A stretch of 64,000 bases of DNA from Eledone cirrhosa (Eukaryota): the NCBI GenBank assembly GCA_964016885.1, contig OZ024743.1, positions 248,434,001 through 248,498,000 on the forward strand, given 5' to 3'. Of this stretch, positions 15,357-32,315 are shown in pieces (positions within the stretch are counted from its first letter, which is position 1; every line of letters begins with the position of its first letter). Below the pieces are notes generated by a model that made no database searches, had not been told where the DNA came from, and saw only the letters and a list, made by a program, of their open reading frames with translations. The position numbers and the translations under genes are program-made.

Positions 15357-18300
15357 GGTTATACTTGGGGAGGGTCATATTTGTGTAATATTACCAGAAT
15401 TAATAACAGAATACACTCACTGTTTGGTTGGTTTTCGCTTCTCGCTGTCTTTTATATCTGTAATCTAGCTTACTCGGTCCTCAATGTTGCCATTGACTGA
15501 CCGACGGTCAAAAATAATACAGATACAATATAGACACAAACACATATATATAGTTTACATAATTTACATAAATCTTTCGTTGCACATCTGCAACATCGTC
15601 AGTGGTGTTATATTTTCCTCCTGTTGTGTTGTATGTCTACGCCATTTTTTATTCAGTCTGTCTATATATTTATTTATTTATTTGCTTGTTTGTTTATTTT
15701 ATTTTGTCTTCTTTGCGCATGCGTTTGCGTGTGTGTATATGTTATGTTTGCTGTGTGACTAGTGTGTATAGTGTTATGTTTGCTGGGTGACTAGTGTGTG
15801 TTTATGTGCTTGTTGTTATTGTGCTTGTGTATGTATTTATTTATCTTATTTTATTTACTTATTTATACTTCTCTTAGGTCAGTGTTGTTTGTTTGGGTGT
15901 TGTTGTTATTCCACTCATTCTTTCTGTTTAGCTTTGGTCTTCTAATTTCTATTTCACTGGCCTCTCTGATTTGCCTATCTGCTGGGTCATTTCTATGTTT
16001 AGATATTATTCTAATTTCTATGTTGTCTATGTTACCGTCATGTTGTTGTCTAGCATGTTCGTATAGTACTGACCCGTTTTTTCGTCCTTTTAGTTCCCCC
16101 CAGTGTTGGTCTATCCTTTCACCTATGCTACGAGCTGTCTCACCTATGTATGTTGTTGTCATGTTTCTGCAAGTACCCTCTGTACATCTTATGCTATAGA
16201 CTACGTTTCTAGTTTTACAGTTTATCCGGGGGTTCACCTTACATATGATACATTTCCTATTGGTACAGTGGGTTTTCTTAAAAGGGTAGGTTTTGCTGAT
16301 CAGGGATTTTATGGTGGTTCCTGGCTTTTCTACCACCTTTATTTTTAAGTGGGTCCTTCTCAGGGCCTTTCTACACTGGTTAGCTAATTTCCCTCCAGGG
16401 GTGGCGTCCACAAACATGACACTCTGGTATCTCTGGTTGTCGTACCATGATGTGGCTTTCCCTATCTTATGTCTAGCCCTATCTAAGCTATTCCATGATT
16501 TGCTCCTGTATAATGGGCAAATTCCTTTCATGTCCAGTTCTATGAGGGTCTTATACTTTTCCATGGCTCCTTCGTATACTCTGACTCTGTCTCTTTGGTT
16601 GTAGCCAGAGAACTGCATGCGGTTGATGAAGTGTTGGGTGTGTCTTTCCATTTCTGTTGGGTCGCACATGCTGGACACATTCTTCATCACTCGTACCAAA
16701 TCTGCGATCAGAATATTAAACTTAGCACTACTGGACATTGCTGAGTTTTTGAGTATTAGGTATTTGGAGGCCATGGGTTTAGCATAGTGTGAGTGGAGAA
16801 TTTGGGCTCTCTCGTCTATAGTGTTAATCCAGAGTTCTGTGTCTAATACAGCTAGTCTATTGTTAGGGTGTTTGGAAGGGAAGTCGATAGTTACAGTTAT
16901 ACTCTGGTGTATGGAATTAGCTATCTGCTGGATGCTTTCCATCGTGCTACGTTCTAAATCAAACTTGTTAGTGCTCTCTAGTGGGGGTGTTCTTATAACT
17001 ATATTGATATCGTCTACATAACGAGAGTACATGATGAGGTCTATGGAGCTTTCATTAAGGAGATCTTTAAGTCTCCTTTCCCACCATACCATGAAAAGGT
17101 TGGCAACATCACCAGCTATGCTGACGCCGATGGCTGCTCCCTCATTTTGGGTGTAGATTTTCTCATTGAACTTAAATATGTGGCCCTTTAGGGTAGTTTT
17201 GATACTAGCCCCTATTGCATGTGCGACCATTTTTCTTACCTGATCATTGTTTTGGGGGGTCCGTATAGCTTTGGTCCACCCAATCCACCTTCCCATGGGA
17301 GTCTTTTTTGCCATTGAGGTTATGGTGGGGGGGTCTACCTCTTATAGGTCTACTAGGGCAGAAACATCTAAGGTCATGGCTGTCTAGGTAGTCAGTGTCG
17401 TAGGTAAGTCTAAGTAGGAGGCCCAGTTCGTCTGTGTCGACGTCGCAGAACTCCACCTCACTCTCAATGATCATCTCCACACATCTTTTCACAGCAAAAT
17501 CAATGTTAATGGATGGGTACAGTGACACCACATCCATGCTGCCTATTATGCAGTTGGATAGGCTCCTGTTTTTGTTGCACTCACTGATTCTGCTGAGGAG
17601 GTCCTCTGTACTGTCACATACATCTGGGGACATCTTGATTATGGGGCGTATAACCATTGAGAGGAAGTAGGAGATCCTGTAGTTGCTAGCTATATTAGCT
17701 CCGCATACGGGTCTTGTTGGTGGTCCTGTTGTCGGGTCGTCGACTGTCTTATGGTCTTTGCGGAGCCCATACAAGGGTGGTATGCCATTGTTAGACGCCT
17801 GGAAGTTGTTGGCAGTGCGTCTGCTTGGCTTTAGGATGTCAGTCCACATCATCATGTGAGCGTTGAGGATTTTTTCTCTCCCATCGTGTGTTTGTTGTGC
17901 AACTTCGCTCGTGTTGGTGATGTGGGGTTGCATAGCCTCGATGTAGTTCGGCATGCTATCTATTGACATCCTACCAGACTTATCTGTGGGTAGACACACT
18001 ACCTCACCATCCCTTGTGCGCTGCTTGAGGCTAACCAAGCCTTCTACAGGTTTCCTCCCAAGTTGTTGGGCCTCTGGTCTGCTCTGTCTCTTAGTATACC
18101 TGTCTACTATTTGTCTAATCTTATTTCTAGCTATGGTGAACTGTGCCTCTGTCCCGTCATCTATTTGTTGTTGTATGCAAACTCTTTTATTAAAGGGTAA
18201 CCTCGTAGGATAGATATTACCCATCTTATATGTTTTGTCAGCTGGGTTGAAAAATAGTTTCTCTAAGGGGTTGTCATTATATCTATCGTCATAGTTGTGT

Positions 18301-18812
18301 GTGTTGCTATTATTGTTATCATGGTGGTTGTTGTTGTTTCTATCATTAGCATTAATATTATTATTGTTATGATTGCTAGATGTATTGTTGTTTACTTCAC
18401 CGTTATTGTTGTTGTTGTTACTGTTATTTCTACCATTGTGGTTGTTACTTTTATTATGTTTCTTGTTTTTGTTGTGTCTATCATTGATGTTGCTACATGT
18501 ACTATTTCCATTATTACCACTGTGGTTATTGTTGTTGTTGTTCGTATTGTTACCGTTATTACTACTGTGGTCGCTGTTGCTGTGTCTGTGGTTAATGTTT
18601 CTATTATTATTATTATTGTGGTTGTTGTTGTTCTGTCTATCGCTAGTATTATTACCATTATCACTATTTCTCACTTTCCTGCTATTGTTATGGCTGTTAT
18701 TTCTATACCCAGAGTTATTGTTTATATTACTACTACCGTTATTATTGCTGTTGTTGTTTACCTTTGCATTCCAACGTATTTTTGTGAAACACTTTTCCAG
18801 CTCCGTTTTGCA
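15357..18812 (-). mobile_element. Penelope-like element E3 (clade unassigned), near full-length RT + GIY-YIG, one frameshift
   Basis: ELEKCFTKIRW (open from ~18812), Asn-rich stretch, TDKSGR, LYGLRKDHK, RPVCG, SMDVVSLYPSI; frameshift in the G7 run at 17327-17333; then GAAIG, RYVDD, VVYSIRC, YIGET..R..H, E..I..LN. HHR in the 3' UTR. Confidence 0.88.
15566..15605 (-). ncRNA. Minimal hammerhead ribozyme (E3), short stem I
   Basis: CCA-CUGACGA-u[GUUGCA gaug UGCAAC]-GAAA-GAUU-UA-UGU; only 2 bp of stem I are retained. Confidence 0.65.
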
Positions 18813-18849
18813 CTATATAAATATATATATGTATATATATGTATATATG

Positions 18850-18884
<35 letters not shown>

Positions 18885-18933
18885 GTATATATATATGTAT
18901 ATATATATGTATATATATATGTATATATATGTA

Positions 18934-19720
18934 GGGTCTGTTCTAAAGGCGCTCATATATTCACCTAGCTTATGCTAAACAGAATAATTTTTGAAGCTTG
19001 TTTCTTTCCCCTACGGTTAGCTATACTCTTTGTTGTTCTCCTGTCTCACTCGCTTTACGCGTTTCAATTGTCCTAATAACTTATTTTGGTTATTATTGCA
19101 CCGACGTGAGGTATATGATTTTTAATGCAATGAAATATCTATGATCGTCGGCAAATCACTGATGAGGGACTCATTTTATTACATGTTATCCATGTGCTAC
19201 CTGCAGTATTTTTCTCTATATTTTATTACATATATTTACCACTGCGATTCTGTGTTTTTTCTCTCTCTCTCTTACTGTTCCCCCATTCTCTCTGCTTCTC
19301 CCCCTCTGTCATGTCAGTTAACTCTTCCTCACACTTTCACTCACTCACTGTTTCTCTTCTCTTCATTTCATCCTGTAAACCACGAAGGCTATTTTTCTCT
19401 CTTCTCACATAGCCTTCGCTCGTGTCGGGTCTGTTCTAAAGGCGCTCATATATTCACCTAGCTTATGCTAAACAGAATAATTTTTGAAGCTTGTTTCTTT
19501 CCCCTACGGTTAGCTATACTCTTTGTTGTTCTCCTGTCTCACTCGCTTTACGCGTTTCAATTGTCCTAATAACTTATTTTGGTTATTATTGCACCGACGT
19601 GAGGTATATGATTTTTAATGCAATGAAATATCTATGATCGTCGGCAAATCACTGATGAGGGACTCATTTTATTTACATGTTATCCATGTGCTACCTGCAG
19701 TATTTTTCTCTATATTTTAT

Positions 19721-19724
<4 letters not shown>
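18934..19724. repeat. Partial tandem duplication (493-bp unit plus ~300-bp second copy) bounded by (TA)n
   Basis: GGGTCTGTTCTAAAGGCGCTC starts at 18934 and again at 19427; the copies are nearly identical up to 19724. Confidence 0.9.
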
Positions 19725-19776
<52 letters not shown>

Positions 19777-19829
19777 GTTTCTGAATTTGTTTAGCAAGAT
19801 TCTTTATCTGAAATCGTGTGTTGAAACCG

Positions 19830-23096
<3,267 letters not shown>

Positions 23097-23205
23097 GTAA
23101 TAATAATAAAATTGAAGACTAAAATCCAAAGAGGGCTCGATAAGGAAAATATATATCAAATATATAAGAACCGTAGAGCAAATATTTATTAAAATAACAG
23201 ATTAA

Positions 23206-23256
23206 AGTTTAAGCAAAGAATCGCTGCTTTCACCCTTAACGGGATCTTCTGAAACT
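23206..23256 (-). ncRNA. Type I hammerhead ribozyme, CAGAAGA core variant (E5 main copy)
   Basis: AGUUU-CAGAAGA-u[CCC guuaa GGG]u-GAAA-[GCA 9nt UGC]-UU-AAACU. Confidence 0.7.
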
Positions 23257-24935
23257 AACAAAGTCAATCTGTAAACGCAGAACTGGATATTTCAAAAAAC
23301 GTTGCAACCGGCAGAAGACAGGAAGACGATACTTTGGTTCGTGGTAACGTTCGCTGGCAAAGAACGGGAAAAAACGAATAATACGTCATTAATAGGATCG
23401 GTGAAAAACAATTACGGTATAAAGGAGGTCGTAGACTAATGTTCTCTTAGGTGGTGCATAGAGACGTTCTCTGGCAATGAACGAAAAAACGAAGATAATA
23501 AGTCATATGTGGAGCGTGGAGAACAATAACACGCAAAGACAAAACCACGTAAATGGTATAGCAGAAACCGAAGACTAAAATTCTAACTAGGAGACCAAAT
23601 GAATCTCCGCTACAGAGTTAAGAACAAAGTAAATAAATACAATACAGAAGTAATAGAAACAAATAAATACATACACGCAAACAGATACGTACATACACAA
23701 GCATACGCAAAACCTTACCAAGGTATACAAAACCACGCACATATAAATTTGTGTGTGTATGCTTGTGTACAAATAAATAAATAATTATATAAACGTATAT
23801 AAGTAAATAAATTCGTATATAACAAGCGCACACACATACCTACATATAAATACACGAATGTTCGGAGAGGTAAGTCAACTAAAACAAGAAGTACACATAT
23901 ACACACACCCACCATACGTTCGAACCTGCATACTCACGCAGACGCAAAACTCCCGTATACACATAGCCAAACCCTAAATACCAGAATATGTAAAAATTAT
24001 ACGCCATAACAGTCAAATATACGTACGAGAAGGTATACTTACCTTCACAAAACATGCGGGTAATATATACTTACCTATGCAAATAAGTAAAGGAATAAAC
24101 AAAACATATACTTAGCTCCCACATCAAGACGTAAAATATCCACGTATAGATCGTGCTATCCGTTAGGGTATAACGTGGGGCTGTAATACAGGAAAGTTTT
24201 GTGCAATTTATGTTTACAAGCCGTAATTGCCTCAGATTTTTTGTTTAAGATGTGGTCTGTAGCGTAGAGTATTTCCAGGGCCTCAGCGGCGCAGAAGTCA
24301 CATGGTCTTTTATTTCCGTTATACGATCTAGCCCTAGCTAGGATCTCCCAGTGTAACTTATATTGGGTGTGGTTGTCTTTTAGACTCCAGATATAAGCTG
24401 AAAGTGACGTCATATTCCTTCTTAGAGGGTAACGAAAAGAATGGGTATGCATGTAGGCCCTACGGGACGTGGGTGTTACAACCTTACATTTGTAGACAAT
24501 GCTACTAGAGAGGCATTTCCCGGATAGGGGGCAATCAGCCCGATTCCTACAATTACAGTTAGTACTAACTACAGGGTTGCACGTGTTCCTACGGCTAGGT
24601 AGTTTTGCTAAATTTGAAGCTGTGATGTTATGTGCAAGGTTAGGAGTCGTAGAGTAAGAAATTTTATTATTATCTTCGTTTTTTCGTTCATTGCCAGAGA
24701 ACGTCTCTATGCACCACCTAAGAGAACATTAGTCTACGACCTCCTTTATACCATAAACGTGGTTCTGTCTTTGCGCGTAATTGTTTTTCACCGCTCCTAT
24801 TAATGACGTATTATTCGTTTTTTCCCGTTCTTTGCCAGCGAACGTTTCCACGAACCAAAGTATCGTCTTCCTGTCTTCCTCCGGTTGCAACGTTTTTTGA
24901 AATATCCAGTTCTGCGTTTACAGATTGACTTTGTT

Positions 24936-24986
24936 AGTTTCAGTAGATCCCGTTAAGGGTGAAAGCAGCGATTCTTTGCTTAAACT
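24936..24986 (+). ncRNA. Hammerhead, inverted copy (E5), core CAGUAGA, probably inactive
   Basis: Same fold with an additional A6>U change. Confidence 0.55.
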
Positions 24987-25010
24987 TTAATCTGTTATTT
25001 TAATAAATAT

Positions 25011-26668
<1,658 letters not shown>

Positions 26669-26669
26669 A

Positions 26670-26790
26670 GTGAAGGCGTGTGGCTGAGTGGTTAGAGAAT
26701 TGTATTCGCAATCGTAAGGTTGTTATTTCGATTCCTGGACAAGGCGATGCGTTATGTCCTTGAGCAAGACACTTTATTTCACGTTGCTCC
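26670..26790 (+). mobile_element. tRNA-derived SINE 5' part
   Basis: GGCGTGTGGCTGAGTGGTTAGAG (A-box-like), TTCGATTCC (B-box-like), followed by CCTTGAGCAAGACACTTTATTTCAC, which is shared with 58314-58630. Confidence 0.7.
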
Positions 26791-26904
26791 TTCTACCTGG
26801 AGTTGTGACCGATAGATAGTATTAGCAATTGGAAAGACCAACGGAAACATTGTTCCCTCGGTCCGATTTCACAAAAAAGTCGATCGTTCCTTATATATAT
26901 ATAT

Positions 26905-27830
26905 ATTCACACCTACCCATCCTCGCCCCCTACCATTCCACTGACTGCTACTGTGCCCTCTGGCCACCTCCCAGCACCAACAGACCACAGCACTCCCACT
27001 GCTGACCACTTCCTGTTGTGCGGGCACCCCACATCTCTCCTCTTCCGACCACCACTTCATGGATTACCCACACGCAGAATTTGACTTACAAACAATCTAC
27101 TAAACATCCTTGGAACTTACCAACTTTTCAACCATCCTCTTGCGTAATCACCTATATAACTCACCCGCACACACACCCCCCAAACATTTTTTTTTCTCCA
27201 CACGCCTCCCACACCACGCTTAAACCCCACACACACGTGCTTCCCACCACATATTTACACCCTCAGCTTCCTGATTCCTCTCCCCCCTATCCACACACGC
27301 ACAGACACTCCGATCCACAAAAACACCCCCCACACACACCCCTTCCTGAACATGCAACCCCGTTTTTCCCCCCAACCCTTACTTTCACATACACACACAC
27401 ACGCACACCTACACACACACACCACCTTCAGCCCTCCCTGCTCGGACACCCCGTCTCCATCTCCCCACTCCACCCCTACTCACCCCACACCCTTCCACCA
27501 CCTGTTTACCCCCCTTTTAATTTCAGTTTATTTTGATCATGCCTTTATTTTTAAATTTTCTCATTCCTTGTATTTTGATCATGCTTTAATTTTATTTTTT
27601 GTCTTTATTTGTTTTTTTTCATTCGCACCGTTTCCTTTCGCTATATGTCTCTCCACCACTCCCCTACACACCTTTTGAACTCTGTTCCCACACACTTCTC
27701 ACCTGAGGAAGGGCTTATGCCCGAACCCGAAACATCGTTCCCCACCTACCCCCCCACTCTCCTGAGCGTGAAATTAATAAACATTTATTGTACTGCCTCT
27801 CTGTTTTGTCCCTAGTCTGTGGTTTTTCTC
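26905..27830 (+). mobile_element. C-rich PLE 3' UTR/terminal-repeat remnant with HHR-like motif at 27703-27740
   Basis: CTGAGGA-A-GGGC ttat GCCC-GAA(CCCGAA dup)AC-ATCG followed by AATAAA; stem I not evident. A related relic lies at 55276-55310 (minus). Confidence 0.45.
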
Positions 27831-28106
27831 ACAGTGATGTGAGAAAAATCACAGACCCTCAATCTTTACTCTACTTTTGAAAAGCAGAAGAACTGCGAAA
27901 CCGGTAAAGGAACCAAATAAATATATATATTTAAAAAAAAAAAAGACTCCAGTTGCATTTTCAATTTCATCTTTTTTCCTTATACTTTCACTCGTGTAGG
28001 ACACTTCGGTTATTTTTCATTTTGTAAACAAAACCTCACTTTCTAATATACATATATATATATCATCATCATCACGTCCGTTCTTCCATGCTAGCATAGA
28101 AACTCA

Positions 28107-30486
28107 TTAACCCTTTAGCATTCACATTATTTTAAAATATGGAAGCTAAAGGACTCCACAGCCAGAAATAAATTTAAAAGCATATTACTTGATACTTTCG
28201 ACAGTAAGGAAGAGCATTTAGAGTCGTACAATATAGAGGAACAGCGGGAATTCCTGAAAGCAAACCTGCTGATGGCGGCAGACAAAGTCTGTGGCTGGAG
28301 CAGGCCTATAGGCAGGAGGAGAGTAACATGGTGGTGGAACAGTAAGGTGGAGGAGTCAATTAAGGCCAAAAAGCAGGCTTGGAAAGTATGGCGGGATGGG
28401 GGAAGTAGAGAAGACTATGAAGTGGCCAGGAGGGAAGCTAGGAGACAAGTGTACTTCGCAAGAAGGGAAGCAGAGAAAAGAAAGTTCAAGCATGTTCTAC
28501 AACGCGAGGACCAAAAACGTGAGGTGTTCAGGATTGCTAGGCAATGTGTCAAGGAAAACCGTGATATTGTTGGGGAGAAGTGTGTACTTAATGATGATGG
28601 CATACTTCCCATCACTGACGCTGATAAGAAGGTAGCTTGGAAGTGTCACTATGAAAGGCTACTAAATGAGGAGAATAAATGGGAGAAAGACAGTCTCCCC
28701 CACATCGATCCAATAGAGGTGACCAGCAGTGTTAGTCGAAGGTAGCATAATAAGTAAGGCAATCAAAGATATGAAGACGGGTAAGGCAGCTGGGCCTTCG
28801 GAAATTGTTGCTGAAATGCTGAAAGCATCTGGAACGGTGGGACACACCATGGTCACCCAGATAGTAAACCAAGTCATACAGAATGGGGTTGTTCCGAAGG
28901 ACTGGCTTAGCAACATCATCATTAACTGCTACAATGGTAAAGGAGATGCCCTAGATAGGAGTAAGTATAGAGGCATTAAATTAATCGACCAGGTCATGAA
29001 GGTCACAGAAAAAGTAATAGCGCAACAAATCAGCGAGAGAATTGATCTAGATGAAATGCAGTTCAGGTTTGTGTCAGGTAAAAGTACCACAGACGCTCTT
29101 TTCATTGTACGACAACTACAGGAGAAGTACCTAGATAAAAGTAAACCCCTATACTTAGCTTTTGTCGACTTGGAGAAAGCCTTTGACAGAGTCCCCCGTT
29201 CCATTATCTGGTGGGCTCTTAGAAAACTAGGTGTTGATGAATGGCTTGTGAGAGCTATACAAGCCATGTATAAAGAAACAGTCAGCAAGGTTAGAATTAA
29301 CAACGAATATAGTGAAGAGTTTAGCGTAAAAGTTGGTGTTCATCAGGGCTCCGTTCTTAGCCCCCTACTATTTATTATTGCCCTTCAGGCTATAACAGTG
29401 GAGTTCAAGACCGGCTGCCTATGGGAACTCCTATACGCAGATGATCTAACGCTCATAGCTGAATTAATGGCCGAACTAGAGAAGAATTCCAAACATGGAA
29501 GCATGGCCTAGAATCAAAAGGCCTTAAAATTAACCTGTCTAAGATTAAAGTTCTAGTTTGTAGGAAGGAAAATAGGGAGCCAGTCCCATCCGGGAAATGG
29601 CCATGCTCAGTGTGTAGGAAAGGAGTAGGTAGAAACACCATTTTATGTCCCAAATGCAAAAACGAACTAAGGGAAAAATTAGAAATAAGAGGGATCAGAT
29701 GTTGTTTACTCGAAAGAAGGCTACGTTGGTATGGTCACGTGATGCGCATGAAAGACGACAGCTGTATAAAAAAGTGCAGGGCAATAAAAATAGACGGTAG
29801 CCACAGAGTAGGCAGACCCAGAAAAACCTGGGACGACTTGATAAATTCCGACCTCACACACTTACACCTCTCCAAGACAATGTCACTGGACCGAGAGCTT
29901 TGGCGCTACACAGTAATAGAGAAGACCTGCCTTACCTAAGTCCAAAGTGAAACCTACTACAATCAGTAGGCACCTCTAACAAAATACACTCCCGTCCCAC
30001 TAGTCCCCCCCCCTCTCAATGTAAAGTTATGTTGGTACCACAACATCCAGCCCGAAACAAATGAGGTCGTGTAGGTGTCACAACAAAAAAACACACAGTC
30101 CACGCTGTAATGTGGTCGTGTAGGTAACACGGTAAAAACCTCCCAGTTCCACACTGTAAATGTGGTTGGTGTTAGGAAGGGCATCCAGCTGTAGAAAACC
30201 CGCCAGACAGTCCTATGCAAGCAAGACAACCACTCTTGCTTCAAGTGGGAAAACTCCCGTCCAAACCCATGCAAGCGTGGAATATGGACGTTAAATGATG
30301 ATGATGATGATGATGCTATTATATTTACATGATAAAGGCTTTACCTCACATATTATCGAATCTATGAGATTTTGAAAGTATTTATTTTGAGAACAATACC
30401 TTAACATCAGTTTGAGCGACCAGTTACAGCCAGTTTCAACAGATAGAGGTAGAGAATTCTGGTCAGTTTGAACATTAAAGGGTTAA
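28107..30486 (+). mobile_element. piggyBac-like MITE split by the RTE (28107-28133 plus 30317-30486)
   Basis: The two pieces join to match the intact MITE at 40540-40756; TTAACCCTTT...AAAGGGTTAA termini. Confidence 0.8.
28134..30316 (+). mobile_element. RTE (BovB-like) LINE, 5'-truncated, frameshifted, 450-bp internal deletion, inserted in a MITE
   Basis: WWWN, GKAAGPS, FVDLEKAFDRV, GVHQGSVLSPLLF, YADD, RLRWYGHV, GRPRKTW; (GAT)n tail. Lacks the sequence at 56248-56697 of the sister copy. Confidence 0.92.
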
Positions 30487-31160
30487 GGTCCCTTACAATT
30501 AAAATTAGCTCAAGGAAAAAATTTTCTGGGCCGTGTAATATAATTCAATATAAAGAGAAAAAAACAGATATATACACGTCTGTATTCCGATTATAAGGGA
30601 CCAACAATTGTTAGGTTGAACAGTATACGAACTATAAACAAAACTGTCAGCTAGACTCAATTAAAAAAAAGAATTAAGAAAAAACAAACCGGTTGTGATA
30701 ACTATCGAAAACATCCAGACAGTCTTTGGTAAACTGTTTCGTATTAATTGAAGGGTATTACTAATTCTTCTGCTCTTTAGTGGATGTAAGGAATTAGTAA
30801 ACTCTTCAATTCTATGTATCTTAGAAGATTAAAAGAAACATGCATTTAGAATGACGCATGTGGCATTCAGAGCCCAGCCTGTCTCGAAAAAAACTTATAC
30901 TGCTAAAAATAGCAGCCTGGTTTACGGGACGATTATTTAGCTCTACAAAATTAAATTTAAGGAGCCGTACATCAAAGTATATATTGAGTTAGAAACTCAT
31001 TAAGGTCCCTTACAATTAAAATTAGCTCAAGGAAAACATTTTCTGGGCCGTGTAATATAATTAGTTAGTATACTAGAAGCTAGCAAATTTTGGTCCCTTA
31101 TAATCTGAATACAGATGTGTATATATCTGTATTTTTCTCTCTTTATATTGAATTATATAT
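30483..31160. repeat. Composite repeat: 63-bp direct repeat plus ~70-bp inverted repeat plus internal hairpin (possible decayed PLE terminus)
   Basis: Direct 30483-30545 / 31000-31062; inverted ~30538-30604 / ~31090-31158; hairpin 30746-30767 / 30791-30811. Confidence 0.6.
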
Positions 31161-31275
31161 ATATATAGTAATAATAATAAATTTGAAGACTAAAATCCAG
31201 AGGGCTCGATAAGGATAAATATATATCAAATATATATGAACCGTAGAGCAAATATTTATTAAAATAACAGATTAA

Positions 31276-31326
31276 AGTTTAAGCAAAGAATCACTGCTTT
31301 CACCCTTAACGGGATCTTCTGAAACT
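31276..31326 (-). ncRNA. Hammerhead ribozyme, CAGAAGA core (E6 left arm)
   Basis: Same fold as 23206-23256; differs only in loop III. Confidence 0.68.
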
Positions 31327-32264
31327 AAAAAAGTCAATTTGTCAATGCAGAAGTAAATATTTCAAAAAACGTTGCAACCGGAGGAAGACAGGAAGACGAT
31401 ACTTTGGTTCGTGGAAACATTCCCTGGCAAAGAACGGGAAAAAACGAATAATACGTCATTATTTGGAGCGGAGAAAAACAATTACACGCAAAGACAAAAC
31501 TACGTTTATGGTATAAAAGAAGTCGTAGACTAATATTCTATTAGGTATGTGTGTGTGCGCGTTATATATGTATTTATTTATTTATATACGTTTATTTAAT
31601 TATATGTATACACGCACACACACAGAATATATATATATATTTTTTTATATATATTTTTATGTGTATTTGGTGTATACATTCGTATGTGTGCGGGTACTGG
31701 TGTTGTGTGCGTTCTGTATGTGCGTGCGGGTTTTTTTTTTTTTTTTTGTGTACGTGCTTGTTTTTGTATACCTATGGCGAGTGTTTTCGCGTATGCTTGT
31801 GTATGTACGTATATGTATGCGTGTATGTATTTATTTAATTTCAATTACCTCTGGTTTTTATTTACTTTATTCTTAACTCTGAAGCCGAGAATCATTCGGT
31901 TTCCTAGTTAGAATTTTAGTCTACGGCTTCAGTTATACCATTTACGTGGTTTTGTCTTTGTGTGCAATTGTTCTTCCCGCTCCACATATGATGTATTATC
32001 TTCGTCTTTTCCGTCCATTGCCAGAGAACATCTCCATGAACCACCTCATAGAATATTAGTCTACGACTTTATTTATACCATAAACGTGGTTTTGTCTTTG
32101 CGTGCAATTGTTCTCACCGCACCAAATAATGACGTATTATCTTCGTTTTTTCCCGTTCTTTGCCAGGGAATGTTTCCACGAACCAAAGTCTCGTCTTCCT
32201 GTCTTCCTCCGGTTGCAACGTTTTTTTGAAATATTTACTTCTGCGTTCACAGATTGACTTTTTT

Positions 32265-32315
32265 AGTTTCAGAAGATCCCGTTAAGGGTGAAAGCAGCGA
32301 TCCTTTGCTTAAACT
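32265..32315 (+). ncRNA. Hammerhead ribozyme, CAGAAGA core (E6 right arm)
   Basis: AGUUU-CAGAAGA-uCCCguuaaGGGu-GAAA-GCA gcgauccuu UGC-UU-AAACU. Confidence 0.68.

Larger units (their letters stand above)
23097..25010 (-). mobile_element. Penelope-like element E5 (second Naiad-like family), GIY-YIG-only remnant with inverted terminal copy
   Basis: Minus frame ~24666 to 24156 reads KISYSTTPNLAHNI..CNCRNRADCPLSGKCL..IVY..(YIG segment deleted)..TSLSAYIWSLK..CDFC..E..LNKKSE..CKH; inverted repeat 23182-23501 vs 24667-25010. Confidence 0.85.

Noticed and set aside
19050-19115. Minus-strand GAAACGCGUA as part of a hammerhead
   Set aside because: No CUGANGA-like strand or stem I partner found upstream.
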